Shown: piece by piece, positions 1 to 13,390 of the stretch
Layout of the letters: each line of letters starts with the position of its first letter
Numbering within the stretch: the stretch's first letter is position 1
NCBI GenBank assembly: GCA_964016885.1
Contig: OZ024740.1
Span: 243,846,001-243,910,000 of the forward strand
Direction: 5' to 3'
Source: Eledone cirrhosa
Lineage: Eukaryota
DNA: 64,000 nt
Notes under the pieces: model-generated
Seen by the model: only the letters and a program-made list of their open reading frames with translations
Told to the model about the DNA's origin: nothing
The model's database searches: none
Program-made: the position numbers and the translations under genes

Positions 1-170
1 GTTGTTGGTGTTTGTCACCAGGTCAGAGTTGATCAAGCAGACCTATGATCAAAGACATTCCAACCATAATCAGCCATTCTTTTATTTAGTGATACTAAAT
101 CTGTTTTGTATTTCCTTTGCCTGGGATAGCATAGTGGAAGGTTTGAGAGCTATTTCTAGCATGTCAATTG
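1..170 (+). repeat. Old dispersed repeat family (relatives near 37190-38000, 38520-38800, 62500-62990)
   Basis: Recurrent gacctatgatcaaagacattcca and gctatttctagca motifs. Confidence 0.5.
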
Positions 171-373
171 ATAACGTATAGCACCGATTTTCAAACTGCT
201 GTTTGCAAATGTTATACTGGACGACCGTTTAATTCTTGAGTAGACAAATCTTTCAAAAGCCATGTGTCTGTGGGAAAATTCATTTAAATGAATGGGGTCC
301 TCGATAACGAAAAGATGGAACCACTGAACTGGAGGTTTCTTCGTGTATATACTAGCAGTATTCACCCACACAT

Positions 374-690
374 GTGAACACTACGCGAATGCAGAAGATC
401 GCACCGGTCGCCGTCGAGACATCAGGCGTACTTGGACCCCGTACTGTCGAGCTCCTCAGCATGATTGGAACTTCAGCGGCCCATCTGAGGAAGGAGCCCC
501 ACGGGTGTCACTGGCTATTGTCTGTGAAAATGCCTCTGTGGTCTTGTCCGCGGGGCGCAGCCACAACACCGTCGCGCCCAAGACCCCTCCCTCCCCTCCC
601 ATTCTTCTGTAACCCTAGAGCCTTTGCCTTTCTCCTCATTTTCCGTTTTTAAATATCTATAGTGTTGTTATTTGAAATAGATTTGTTTAA
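374..690 (+). mobile_element. 3' fragment of a REL-endonuclease non-LTR retrotransposon (CRE-like)
   Basis: APVAVETSGVLGPRTVELLSMIG resembles the FVPxAVETxGxxG motif of CRE/R2-group endonucleases. Confidence 0.5.
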
Positions 691-779
691 GATTTTTTTG
701 ATTTTTATTAATATGACAGTAAACTAATTACTTAATTACCCGAAAATAAACAAAAAAACAGCTTGCCAATTCAACAGCG

Positions 780-3235
780 CACACACGTATTTGATGAGAC
801 AACGATATATATTAGTTTACAAGGTTTACACAATTGAGGAATTTGGAGATTATTTAAATAATTTGATCCTGGACTTTCTTCATAATTCACATTTTTAGAG
901 AAAAAATAAACTTTGCACAAAAATATTTTAAAAGAAAATGTTGTAGATAATGATTGCATCAATGGAATCAATTTTTACCACTTATTCTAAGTGGGTGGGA
1001 ACAGCATGAGAATCGATTAGGAATTTGGCTTTGAAAATGGATGTTTCTCATACTATATAAGCAAAAGGGATATTCAATTTGTTGGTAATTCAACAAATAT
1101 AAATGTTTATAACTGATTAAGAGCACTCGACAGATTTTCTGGAGTATAATATTCAATGATATTAAATAAATGGAAACTATATTTATAAAACCATATTTAT
1201 TCTATTATATATATTTCAAGGGTACCAAAACTTTGGTACGCTTTTATCAGATAAAATACGAAGTGTGTTTTATAAATTTTGACATAACCAAGAAAAATAC
1301 CTTAACGGTTCAAGTTTTCCTTGGATAGTGAAGGGATAAGAGAAGGAAAGTCAGATATTTCAAATTGTTAAGATGAGTATGCAAACGAGTATGCAAATGA
1401 GGTTGAGGTAAAGGGCTGAAAAAACGTTATTTTAGACGCTATGGAGAATTTAAATAATTATGATATGTGTATGTATGCGTAGGAAAGAAGAAAAATGAAG
1501 AAGAGCTTGTATTTACGTTAATTTGGGGGAAAAGGTGGAATATGATTCCCGAGTTTAAATTTAAATTTATTTACCTATATTATGAGTTATAATATTGTAT
1601 ATATAATCAATTAGATTATATGAAGATTATGGTTGTAAGTATTTTTATCTTATTACATTACAATAGGTTATATGTATATAAATATCTATATAGATTAATA
1701 ATTGTGTATGTATTATTATTATAGAAATAGAAATAATTTACAATTATTGGTTGTTTATATTTCTAATATGAGTTACGAAGGAAGTTGATTTTGTAATTTA
1801 CATAAAAAAATAGGTGGTTCAAGTTGTGAGAGAAGAACAATTTGTAGATTCGAATATTTTGTTCAACATTTAAAATGTTTTCAGAATATTGTTAATTTAG
1901 CGAAGTTATATAGATTATCATACATAATATGTTTATGTTTGAACGATCGAGAAAGGAAAGATAACTCCAATTTTGTTTGTTAACCGTTAAATTTGATGAG
2001 TGATTTACTTAGAAAATATATAGAGAAAATTATATATTATTTTGTGTGAGATTAATTATTTTAGTCGAAAAATGTGTGAAAGTTTGAATATCAAAAAGAG
2101 AGGAAAAACGTAATGTGTTTTTCGAAGAACTATCGTAAAGAGGTTAAATTTTCAGAATGTCAATTAAAGATTATCAATCTACATCTAAAAAAATATATTT
2201 AGAGGGGTGTCATTAGAAAAATAATGTTAGAATTAAAAATATTAAATATATATATTAAAAAAAAATTAATGTCAAAAGGTAAAAATATTAGAAATCTAAA
2301 AAAAATTTAGAAATATTAAAAATATTAAAAATATTAAAAATATTAAAAATATTAAAAAATTAAAAAAATTTACATTTAAGTTTTTAAAGAAGATAGGATC
2401 ATTTTGAAGGTGTATAGGAATATTATAAATTTAAAATAATTCTGAACGTGGAATTTTGGCGATGTCTGCAAGAAGAAAATAATTCTGTTCTAAGATTAAT
2501 AGAGTTTTGACAGTTAATTATATAAAAAATGTCTTCGATACACAAGTTACAGAATCTTGAGAAAGCCATATTTCGGTATGCAGGTGCTTTCGAAATCGTT
2601 CTCCAAGATATTGAATAGTCTATATTGTTGTCTTTTAAGTTCCAAATTAGATGTGAAAGTGAAGTAGAAGATTTTTTATCACATCTCTTAAATGTGTGTT
2701 TATGGTTATTCCAGTGTTCTTTGAATAAATAAATAAATAAAGAAAGAAATAAAGTGGCACCAATATAGTTTGATATTTTGTCTCTAGTTTTAACTGTGCA
2801 TTTATAAACTACGTTTTTGTCTAAACAATTATTTTGTAAAGGGCAGTTTGATTTGATTCTACAGTTACATTTTCTGGAGTTGTTGTTGTTCGGAACGGTA
2901 CTATTATTTTGAATATTGTTGTTAGAAATATTATTATTGCTATTTTGGTTAGTTTGGTTAGGGTTTAAATTTAAGTTTCTATTATTAATTCTATTTATAT
3001 TTTGTGTTATGTTCATAGTAGTAGAGTAGGATAGTTTTATAGTATGTCTGTTAAAAATAGAGTGGTATCTATCTGTGGGCTTTAGGAAAACATTTATCTA
3101 GTGCTTTAAAGAATAGCTTTGCTAAAGGTGTTTTAACGCTTAATGAGAATGGGGAAGAGTAGCAAATAATATTTCTAGTTCTAGCTTTTTTGTTTGTTTT
3201 AGAGTTTAAGTTAAGTTATTTATTTTTATTATAAT
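780..3235 (-). mobile_element. 5'-truncated Penelope-like element, family A: RT thumb, GIY-YIG, long AT-rich 3' UTR, HHR, and start of a tandem next copy
   Basis: ORF 2423-3016 CNCRIKSNCPLQNNCLDKNVVYKC..YIG..HWNNHK..CNLC..CRH. Upstream RTRNII..PFSLSVKTP..FNRHTIKLSYS thumb. Sense HHR at 1198-1258. YSMRNI near 1050 resembles a PLE ORF N-terminus. Confidence 0.85.
1198..1258 (-). ncRNA. Minimal type I hammerhead, core CUGAUAA (G8A)
   Basis: tattttat CTGATAA aagcgtaccaaagttttggtaccctt GAAA tatata TA atagaata; 8-bp stem I. Confidence 0.7.
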
Positions 3236-3670
3236 TAATAGTAGGGTGATTTGCCTTATTTGTTAAGGTTACCCCATTAAAAGATCGTTTTCCGTTTTGC
3301 CTTGTTTTCGTTCGTTGTCTTGTCCTCCCTGAAACCTGCGACTTCGTTTGCATCCAATGATGTAGACCAGTTCTTCTTTTTGGGCAAATACATTCAATGT
3401 TCAGAGAGTCGGATTGACCTCGCCCAAAACCTTGCCTCACTTAAAAAAGCTTCTAGCACAGGCATCGCTTGATATGCGTCATTTTTTGGCAATAGGCAAG
3501 CCCCTAATAGGACTAAAAAGCCACTTCCATGATGCTTATGTTTAAGTATCAAGCGATGGCATTACTTGAAATCGAGTTGCAGCCATCATCATGTTATATA
3601 TATGTATATATATATATATATATATAACATGATGATGCTCCAACTAGATTTCAAGTAATGCCATCGCTTG

Positions 3671-4865
<1,195 letters not shown>

Positions 4866-5327
4866 TAACCGCACTGAATCGAAATAAATGCAAGGTAACC
4901 GTAGCATATGCAACAAGCAGTTTTGATCATCTTAAAGACTTCAGAGCAAAAATAGAAATTCGGCCTAACACGACAGCTACTCTGTATAACCAACGGTCCT
5001 CTATCATGTTCAATCTGGGGACTAGTTTGCAAAATATTGGCTGGATTAAAGTTGTATAAAAGATATAAACATCAAAAGTAGAAAAAAAACAAAAACATGT
5101 GAAAATCTCAATTTAGGGGACTATAAGTTAGTCTAACTCATATAATCGTCTCCCTACCATGGTTTCTAGAATAAAAGAAACAATATTATTTCAACTCATT
5201 GGAACAACCACTATTGGAAGAACTTATTAAGTTTAATATGTTAAATTACTTCTCTGAATAATATTTTATCTGTATAATTTTTACGCTCATTGAGATGTCT
5301 AAGTATTAGAGACAAATCACTTTTTAA

Positions 5328-5434
<107 letters not shown>

Positions 5435-5447
5435 GTATATATATATA

Positions 5448-5882
5448 CGATATTAAATAAATGGAAACTATATTTATAAAACCATATTTATTTCATTATA
5501 TATATTTCAGGGATATCATATTAAAAATATGTTATGCCTTCCTCAGACAAAATACAATATAAACAGTCTTATAAATAGATAGATTCGACATACCTTTCAA
5601 CATCGACTTCAATTTGAAAAGTTCAAATTGAAGTCGATGTTGAAAGGTATGTCGAATCTATCTATTTATAAGACTGTTTATATTGTATTTTGTCTGAGGA
5701 AGGCATAACATATTTTTAATATGATATCCCTGAAATATATATAATGAAATAAATATGGTTTTATAAATATAGTTTCCATTTATTTAATATCGTAAATATA
5801 CTCCAAATACTTGTTGAGTGCTTTTATATCAGTTATAAATATTTACTCGTTGTTAACCCAACAATTTAAATAAAACTTTGCA
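5448..5882 (+). mobile_element. Fold-back PLE pseudo-LTR module (family A relative) in (TA)n
   Basis: Palindrome 5448-5618 / 5622-5792 with a 3-nt loop, unique tail 5793-5882. Similar to 1100-1260 and 30282-30510. Confidence 0.85.
5686..5751 (+). ncRNA. Minimal type I hammerhead (mirror copy on - at 5489-5554)
   Basis: tattttgt CTGAGGA aggcataacatatttttaatatgatatccct GAAA tatata TA atgaaata. Confidence 0.8.
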
Positions 5883-5906
5883 TATATATATATATATATA
5901 TATATT

Positions 5907-6135
5907 AGGATTGGTGCTCTGAAATAGCGATGTATACATGAATGTATGTATAGTATATTTGGTAATATACCGTATGCTTAATTAAAAACATTTTGAAGAC
6001 CTTACGCTATCAGTTTTAAAGTAGTGACTATGTCACTTACTTATTTTCTTCGGCGAAAGAAGGAAGAGAAGCTAACAAACTGTCTGTTTCACGCTGTTGG
6101 CGATCATCAGACCAACGTACTCAATGGGGTTCTAG
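5907..6135 (-). mobile_element. Diverged relative of the 310-bp retrozyme-like monomer with a degenerate HHR (6071-6116)
   Basis: Shares tgctctgaaatagcgat and aaacattttgaagacct with the array. rc: CTGATGA tcgccaacagcgt GAAA cagacag TT; weak stem I. Confidence 0.6.
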
Positions 6136-6333
6136 TATATGTACACACATACATAACGAGGTCCATACATATATACAAGCAAATAAAATCTGATTTGTGA
6201 CACAAAGTCGAACATTCAATACTCAAAATTTAATATTAGGAAACATAAACAAGAAATATTGAAGAGTCTAACTTTATACAGGAGTTTCAAAAGGAAGTAT
6301 ATTATAAAAAAGTAACGAAGATCGCCGGTATAA

Positions 6334-6412
<79 letters not shown>

Positions 6413-6447
6413 GCACACACACACACATACACACACACACACACACA

Positions 6448-6495
<48 letters not shown>

Positions 6496-6644
6496 AAGAT
6501 TATAAAAGGCACCAAAGAGTCGCTTTTTATAATCTTTATATATCAGCTCTGCGTGAACCCCATTGCATCGAGCTTTAAACCCTCTGGTAAAGTCGATACC
6601 CAATAATAACGATACTGTTATTATTATAAATATGATATATAGAC

Positions 6645-6976
6645 AGCATGCTTTGCAGCATAGAGTTACACCCCTTTATGATCTGAGTTCAAATCACGCC
6701 GAGGTTAACTTTACCTTTCATCCTTACGGTGTCGATAAAATAAAGTACCAGTTACGCACAATGATCGATTTAATCGATTTTCCCCTCCCGCCAAATAACT
6801 GATCCTGTGCCTATACTAGAAATCATTATTATTAATATGATATCCTACCGAGGTTAACTTTGCCTTTCATCCTTACGGGGTCGATAAAATAAAGTACCAG
6901 TAATGTATTGGGTCTATTTAACTGACTTTCTCCTCCCCTCAAATTGCTGGACTTGTGCCTAAAGTAGAAACAATTA

Positions 6977-6978
<2 letters not shown>
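6645..6978 (+). mobile_element. Two partial tRNA-derived SINE copies
   Basis: B box gagttcaaatc and core ctttcatccttacggggtcgataaaataaagtaccag (resembles the MetaSINE core), ATT tail. Confidence 0.8.
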
Positions 6979-7017
<39 letters not shown>

Positions 7018-7052
7018 TCAAAAACAAATGACACACACACATATATTTATAC

Positions 7053-7403
7053 AAAATTAGAATTTTATTTCTCGTCCTAGCACAGCTATACATAAATGTA
7101 AGTATCACACGTACACACATAAATATAAACACACACACATATATATATACATATATACATATGTACGTATGGGTTATATCGAACATTAATAATAATGCTT
7201 GATTCGTTTGTAAACACTGACTTTGAGGAACAATCAACATGTTTCTGGGTCATTACCCTTCATCAGGACAGTATACCTCTGCCAATCTGTTGAACCGTTG
7301 AAAATAAATAGTATTTTCTTAAGTACACACATCGGCTGAGTAGCCTTATTTGCATACTGAGCGAGTTAGGCCGAATATTAAAGATAAAATTAGAATTTTA
7401 TTA
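7053..7403 (-). mobile_element. Non-coding HHR module (family B, octamer-bearing) with a short terminal direct repeat
   Basis: aaaattagaattttatt at 7053 and 7387; homologous to 12875-13170. Confidence 0.7.
7230..7272 (-). ncRNA. Minimal type I hammerhead
   Basis: actgtc CTGATGA agggtaatgaccca GAAA catg TT gattgt. Confidence 0.8.
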
Positions 7404-7423
7404 GAATTGTATGTGTATATACA

Positions 7424-7505
<82 letters not shown>

Positions 7506-7506
<1 letters not shown>

Positions 7507-7935
7507 TAGGTAGATAAATATACACGGGTGTGTATGATTGTGTATAGAAGATTATATTAATAAGAGGAATTCCAACTTTGTCTGATTTACTCGTTTTATT
7601 TACAATCCTTTAAAATTTATAATGGTATTATAATGAAATAGTATGATAGAATATTAAATTCTAAGTGTTAATTGAACAAGTACTTTCATGCTTTCGCAAT
7701 CTTCAGGTTCATAATATGTGGTGACAGTCAAGTTTGCAATTTTCAACTGTTGAAAATTGCAAACTTGACTGTCACCACATATTATGAACCTGAAGATTGC
7801 GAAAGCATGACAGTACTTGTTCAATTAACACTTAGAATTTAATATTCTATCATACTATTTCATTATAATACCATTATAAATTTTAAAGGATTGTAAATAA
7901 AACGAGTAAATCAGACAAAGTTGGAATTCCTCTTA

Positions 7936-7942
<7 letters not shown>
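7506..7942 (-). mobile_element. Fold-back HHR module in (TA)n
   Basis: Palindrome 7554-7747 / 7749-7942 with a 1-nt loop and one mismatch; unique segment 7506-7553. Confidence 0.85.
7674..7710 (-). ncRNA. Minimal type I hammerhead (the + copy at 7786-7822 has GAAA>GACA)
   Basis: gaac CTGAAGA ttgcgaaagcat GAAA gtac TT gttc. Confidence 0.75.
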
Positions 7943-7970
<28 letters not shown>

Positions 7971-7978
<8 letters not shown>

Positions 7979-8169
7979 ATACTTTGGGAGGGTCATGTTG
8001 CCAATAAGAAACACACGCACCAGTTGCTTTCACTTCAATTTATTAAATTGAAGTGAAAGCAACTGGTGCGTGTGTTTCTTATTGGCAACATGACCCTCCC
8101 AAAGTATAACAATATCGGTTTCAACACACGTTTTCAGATAAAGAATCTTGCCAAACAAATTCAGAAACG

Positions 8170-8172
<3 letters not shown>
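7971..8172 (+). mobile_element. Short fold-back module in (TA)n (relatives near 11720 and 42125)
   Basis: Perfect 72-bp arms 7971-8042 / 8044-8115, tail 8116-8172; no HHR core. Confidence 0.7.
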
Positions 8173-8210
<38 letters not shown>

Positions 8211-8298
8211 TGTATGTGTGCATACTTATATATGAACTAACACCTCCTTTGTAATTATATGTTCCTACATTCTTTGCAAATTATATCCTGTTAATGTT

Positions 8299-8355
<57 letters not shown>

Positions 8356-8409
8356 ATTCGTTTTTGAATTTATAATAAGAGGTCAGATTTAAATTGACTA
8401 TTGAACTTC

Positions 8410-9178
8410 ACAGTTCCTTTCATGTCCAGTTCTATGAGGGTCTTATACTTCTCCGTGGCTCCTTCGTATACTCTGACTCTGTCTCTTTGGTTGTAGCCAG
8501 AGAACTGCATGAGGTTGATGAAGTGTTGGATGTGTCTTTCCATTTCTGTTGGGTCGCACATGCGGGACACGTTCTACATCACTCGTACCAGGTCTGCGAT
8601 CAGAATATTAAACTTAGCACTACTGGACATTGCTGAGTTTTTGAGTATCAGGTATTTGGAGGCCATGGGTTTAGCATAGTGTGAGAGGAGAATTTGGGCT
8701 CTCTCGTCTATAGTGTTAATCCAGAGTTCCGTGTCTAATACAGGTAGTCTATTGTTAGGGTGTTTGGAAGGGTAGTCGATAGTTACAGTTATACTCTGGT
8801 GTATGGAATTAGCTATCTGCTGGATGCTTTCCATTGTGCTACGTTCTAAATCCAACTTGTCAGTGCTGTCTTGTGGGGATGTTCTTATAACTATATTGAT
8901 ATCGTCTACATAACGAGAGTACATGATGAGGTCTATGGAGCTCTCATTAAGGAGATCTTTAAGTCTCCTTTCCCACCATACCATAAAAGGTTGGCAACGT
9001 CACCAGCTATGCTGACGCCAATGGCTGCTCCCTCATTTTGGGTGTAGATCTTCTCGTTTAACTTGAATATGTGGCCCTTTAGGGTAGTTTTGATACTAGC
9101 CCCTATTGCATGTGCGACCATTTTTCTTACCTGATCATTGTTTTGGGGGGGTCCGTATAGCTTTGGTCCACCCAATCC
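8410..9178 (-). pseudogene. PLE reverse transcriptase fragment, family C (possibly Naiad-like), frameshifted
   Basis: YTQNEGAAIGVSIAGDVANL..YSRYVDDIN..LPVLD..HYAKPMAS..SAMS..FSGY. Confidence 0.85.
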
Positions 9179-9768
9179 ACCCAGCAGATAGGCAAATCAG
9201 AGAGGCCAGTGAAATAGAATTTAGAAGGCCAAGGCTAAACAGAAAGAATGAATGGAATAACAACAACACCCAAACAAACAACACTGACCTAAGAGAAGTA
9301 TAAATAAATAAATAGATAAATAAATACATACACAAGCACAATAACAACAAACACATATAAACACACAATAGTAAAGATAGAATACATTAACCAATACACA
9401 GTCACCCAATCACGAACACACATCAAACAAAACACTATACACACACGCAAGCGCATGCGCAAAGAAGACAAAATAAAATAAACAAATAAATAAATATATA
9501 AACAGACTAAATAAAGATGGCGTAGAAAATACAATGCAACGGGAGGAAACAATAGCACCACTGACGATGTTGCAGATGTGCAACGAAAGAACTTTGATAA
9601 ACTATATATATGTGTTTGTGTCTATATTGTATCTGTATTATTTTTGACCGTTGGTCAGTCAATGGCAACATTGAAGACCGAATAAATTAGATTACCGATA
9701 TAAAAGACACAGAAGCGAAAAGCGAAAACCAACCAAACAGTGAGTGTGTTCTGTTATTAATTCTGGCA
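9179..9768 (+). mobile_element. Inverted 3' end of the same PLE family C (GIY-YIG C-terminus, 3' UTR, HHR)
   Basis: RQIREASEI..RLNRKNEWN; homologous to 27650-28130. Confidence 0.8.
9556..9599 (+). ncRNA. Minimal type I hammerhead (decayed homolog at 28041-28077)
   Basis: CTGACGA t gttgca gatg tgcaac GAAA gaac TT tgata; consensus stem I tatca/tgata from the two copies. Confidence 0.7.
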
Positions 9769-9790
9769 ATATATATATATATATATATAT

Positions 9791-9856
<66 letters not shown>

Positions 9857-10211
9857 TTAACAAACATTAACAGATCATTTGCAAAGAATGTTAAGAACAT
9901 ATAGTTACAAAAGGCGGCATATTTAAGTTTAACAAAAATTTGAAATATAAATACCTGGCATTCAATAATTATTTATACTCTCTCATACATATTCCATTAT
10001 TGCTTCAGAAGTGTGTTTTACCATTAAATTGCGAAGTTCAATAGTCAATTTAAATCTGACCTCTTATTATAAATAAAAAAACGAATAACATATATATATA
10101 TATATAAATATATCAAACATTAACAGGATGTAATTTGCAAAGAATGTAGGAACATATAATTATAAAGGAGGTGTTAGTTCATATAGTTCATTGTTATATC
10201 TCACTTCGAAA

Positions 10212-10552
10212 TAATTGTTTCTACATATGGCAGAAGGCCAGCAATTACCCAGTACATTACTGGTACTTTATTTTATCGACCCCATAAGGATGAAACTCAA
10301 AGTTAACCTCGGCGGGATTTTAACTCAGTCTGTAAAGAGACGTAACTATCACTTCGAAATAATTCTTTCTACGTTAGGCACAAGGCCAGAAATTACCCAG
10401 TGTATTACTGGTACTTTATTTTATCGACCCCGTAAGGATGAAAGGCAAAGTTAACCTCGGCGGGATTTGAACTATGAAAGGCAAAGTTGAACTCAGCAAA
10501 TATCGTAAAGCATTCTATCCGACGCTCTAACAGCTCTACATATTCGCCGCCT
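10212..10552 (-). mobile_element. Two SINE copies
   Basis: Reverse-complement core ctggtactttattttatcgacccc.taaggatgaaa. Confidence 0.8.
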
Positions 10553-10969
10553 CAGGAATCTATAATATAAGAAAGGGAGGAGAGCGGGACAGCGTCCGTT
10601 TTATCCCGTTAGCAAAATAAGTTGGATTATTTTGAATAAATAATGAATGAATATTATGTAATTTATCTACTAAATTTCGTAGCTCTTCATTAAACATAAA
10701 TATTCTTATATATAAAGTATTGCTTATTTTAACATTCACTGCTTTAACATTTTCAAATGTCAACACTTCCGGTTAGCGTCCGTTATATTATAACACTCAT
10801 CACATCGCTTATATAAACGTTCATATATTTGCATCGTTATATAAGGATTATATTTCCGTCGCTAATTTTCTCCTTTTTCATTTTCATAACATTTTAGCTT
10901 ATCATATATGCAGTTTATATATAATATTATCTTTCTTTAATGTATCATGGATTACTTTACTGATTACAG

Positions 10970-11090
10970 AAGAGAGTGTAACACAGTCTTCGTTCAATTT
11001 CTGTGCATATTGACGTATCATATCTATATGCATATATATTTGCGTATAATATCAAAATGCATACTACACATGTTAGCTACCACTCCAAAG
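10970..11090 (+). CDS. Possible upstream exon of the beta-MSP-like gene (frame problem)
   Basis: Acceptor ttacag| and donor AAAG|gtataa give phase 1, matching exon 11503. The hydrophobic stretch (VFVQFLCILT) is in a different frame from the 3' part (..SYLYAYIFAYNIKMHTTHVSYHSK). Confidence 0.3.
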
Positions 11091-11197
11091 GTATAAATTT
11101 AAGCATCAGTATAGAAATCCGAACATACAAAAAACGTGGAATTCCAACGAGTTTTACTAGATTCTAATTATAGTTTTCATGATCTCTTCATTAGATA

Positions 11198-11403
11198 CGA
11201 GGGTCGGCTGAAAAGTTCATAAGCTTACCAAGATACTCTCATAGAATGACCAAATGAGGGTTATTTTACAACATAGTTCCTGAAAATAAACAATGCACCT
11301 ATTAATAAGAAGAGTTGAAATTAATACATGCAAGATTTCGCAGCTGGAGCATCAATCCTTCATAGTCAGCCTATGAACTTTTCAGTCTTTCAGTTGACCC
11401 TCG
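11198..11403. mobile_element. Tc1/mariner MITE
   Basis: TIRs cgagggtcggctgaaaagttcata / tatgaacttttcag..gaccctcg; TA on both sides. Confidence 0.8.
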
Positions 11404-11502
11404 TATATTAACGCTATCTAAACCAGTTCACTTCTCTTCACTTCTTTTTTACCTTGGCTCTTGTATAGCAAATTCATTAATTGATCATTTCTATTTGTAT
11501 AG

Positions 11503-11623
11503 GGTTTGGACGTGTCGTGAAATTCTGCAGCTTTCGTGGAATCAAACTTTTGTCAGGATCAAGACTAAAAACTCAAGACTGCTTTTCTTGTAACTGTACA
11601 ACTGAAAGACTAAAATGTTGTGG
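11503..11623 (+). CDS. Internal exon of a beta-microseminoprotein (PSP94/MSMB)-like secreted Cys-rich protein
   Basis: Acceptor tttctatttgtatag|GG, donor GG|gtaggt. Translation (G)FGRVVKFCSFRGIKLLSGSRLKTQDCFSCNCTTERLKCC(G) has the C..G..GS...DC..C.C.....CC spacing of beta-MSP. Ends in phase 2. Confidence 0.8.
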
Positions 11624-11916
11624 GTAGGTCCTTCATTCTTTTTACAAATAGATTCAGTGCGATTTCAGGTATCATTTAGACTTCTGTTACCCCCCCCCCC
11701 CCCACACACACACACATATATTTGGGGAGGGTCATATTGTTATCATATTGCCAGAAATAATAACAAAACACACTCACTGTTTGGTTTGGATTGGTTTTCG
11801 CTTCTGTATCTTTTATATCGCCATAGTTAATTTACCTGGCAATCAATGTTTATCATTGATTGACCAACGGTTAAATACACACACACATACACACACACAC
11901 ATACACACACACACAT

Positions 11917-11972
<56 letters not shown>

Positions 11973-12152
11973 AATATAAAGAAAAAGAAAATTTCGCTCT
12001 ACATAGCTGAATACAATAAATCTAATCTGAGTTTTTCGAATATTAATAATAACATTCGATTCGTTTGCAATTATGCAAACAAACCTCATTTTTAAAGCCA
12101 TGTCAGTAGAATGAACACTTCATTCTTGCTCTTGTGTTGGCATATAAACAGA

Positions 12153-12198
12153 ACTGCAGACACTAATGTTTCAGGGTATCACCCTTCATCAGTACAGC
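12153..12198 (-). ncRNA. Minimal type I hammerhead with GUC site
   Basis: gctgta CTGATGA agggtgataccct GAAA cattagtg TC tgcagt. Confidence 0.9.
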
Positions 12199-12586
12199 TC
12201 ACTGTTCACCTACCAACTGTCAGAGCTAGTGAAAATATATGCTATTTTCTAAAATATACAGTGACTGATCGGCCTGATTTGCATATTAGCAGACTGGCTG
12301 ATCAGTCAGATCTGCATATTAGCATATCCACTGATCAGCCAGATTTGCATATCAGCAGACTGGCCAGTCAGTTTCCTGTACGCGAGCGATAAATGGACGG
12401 CTTTGCCACATTCAAATATTTAAAACAAAAAGAATTTCGCTCTACATGGCTGAATACAATAAATATAATCTGAGTTTTTCGAATATTAATAATAACATTC
12501 ATGCAAATCAGGCCGAACAGTCACTGTATATTTCAGAAAATAGCATATATTTTCACTAGCTCTGACAGTTGGTAGGTGAACAGTGA

Positions 12587-12626
12587 GCTGCACTGATGAA
12601 GGGTGATACCCTGAAACATTAGTGTC
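12587..12626 (+). ncRNA. Hammerhead copy ending at its predicted cleavage site
   Basis: gctgca CTGATGA agggtgataccct GAAA cattagtGTC, followed by aaatcg instead of tgcagt. Confidence 0.75.
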
Positions 12627-12753
12627 AAATCGAAATCGAATGTTATTTTTAATATTTCTGATTATTTAATATATTGATATTGCTTTGATGAAACACCGTG
12701 TAAGGAGTAAATTTTGTTTTTAAATGTATTGCCTTCTCCTCCATTTCTTTTTG

Positions 12754-12788
<35 letters not shown>

Positions 12789-12794
12789 AAGTAT

Positions 12795-12859
<65 letters not shown>

Positions 12860-12996
12860 CATACATACATATGTACGTATGGGTCATATCAAACATCAAT
12901 TATAATATTCGATTCGTTTGCCAGCAAACGGCCCGATAAAGCTGTGCTGTGCCGATGACCAATCGTCATCCGTTTGTTCAACACTGGCATCGCGGA

Positions 12997-13039
12997 ACAA
13001 TCAACATGTTTCTGGGTCATTACCCTTCATCAGGACTGT
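12997..13039 (-). ncRNA. Minimal type I hammerhead in family B module 12875-13170
   Basis: acagtc CTGATGA agggtaatgaccca GAAA catg TT gattgt; 6-bp stem I. Confidence 0.85.
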
Positions 13040-13204
13040 ATACCTCTGCCAATCTGTTGAACAGTTGAAAATATATAGTATTTTCTGAAGTATACATCGG
13101 CTGAGTAGCCTCTTTGCATATCGAATATACGGATGGCCTTGTCGAAAATTAAAATAAAAATAGAATTTTATTTTTCGCTATTATATTATATTTTCGCTAA
13201 TAAC

Positions 13205-13264
<60 letters not shown>

Positions 13265-13265
<1 letters not shown>

Positions 13266-13348
13266 CTTTCTTTATTAACCACAAGGGTTTACACAAAGTA
13301 GACATTAAGGACAGTACAGGACAATACAGGACAGTACGAATGGGCATA
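13265..13348 (-). mobile_element. 3'-end stub of a Tx1-like LINE in (TAA)n
   Basis: Matches 15065-15168. Confidence 0.7.
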
Positions 13349-13390
13349 ATAATAATAATAATGATAATAATAATAATAACAATAATAATA

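Larger units (their letters stand above)
11971..12650 (-). mobile_element. Family B HHR module: ~442-bp monomer, ~90-bp direct redundancy and an inverted segment
   Basis: 11971-12057 repeated at 12413-12500; 12501-12626 is the reverse complement of 12159-12284. Confidence 0.8.

Noticed and set aside
10559-10790. Second Helitron
   Set aside because: TC-TATAATA start only; no 3' hairpin/CTAG found.
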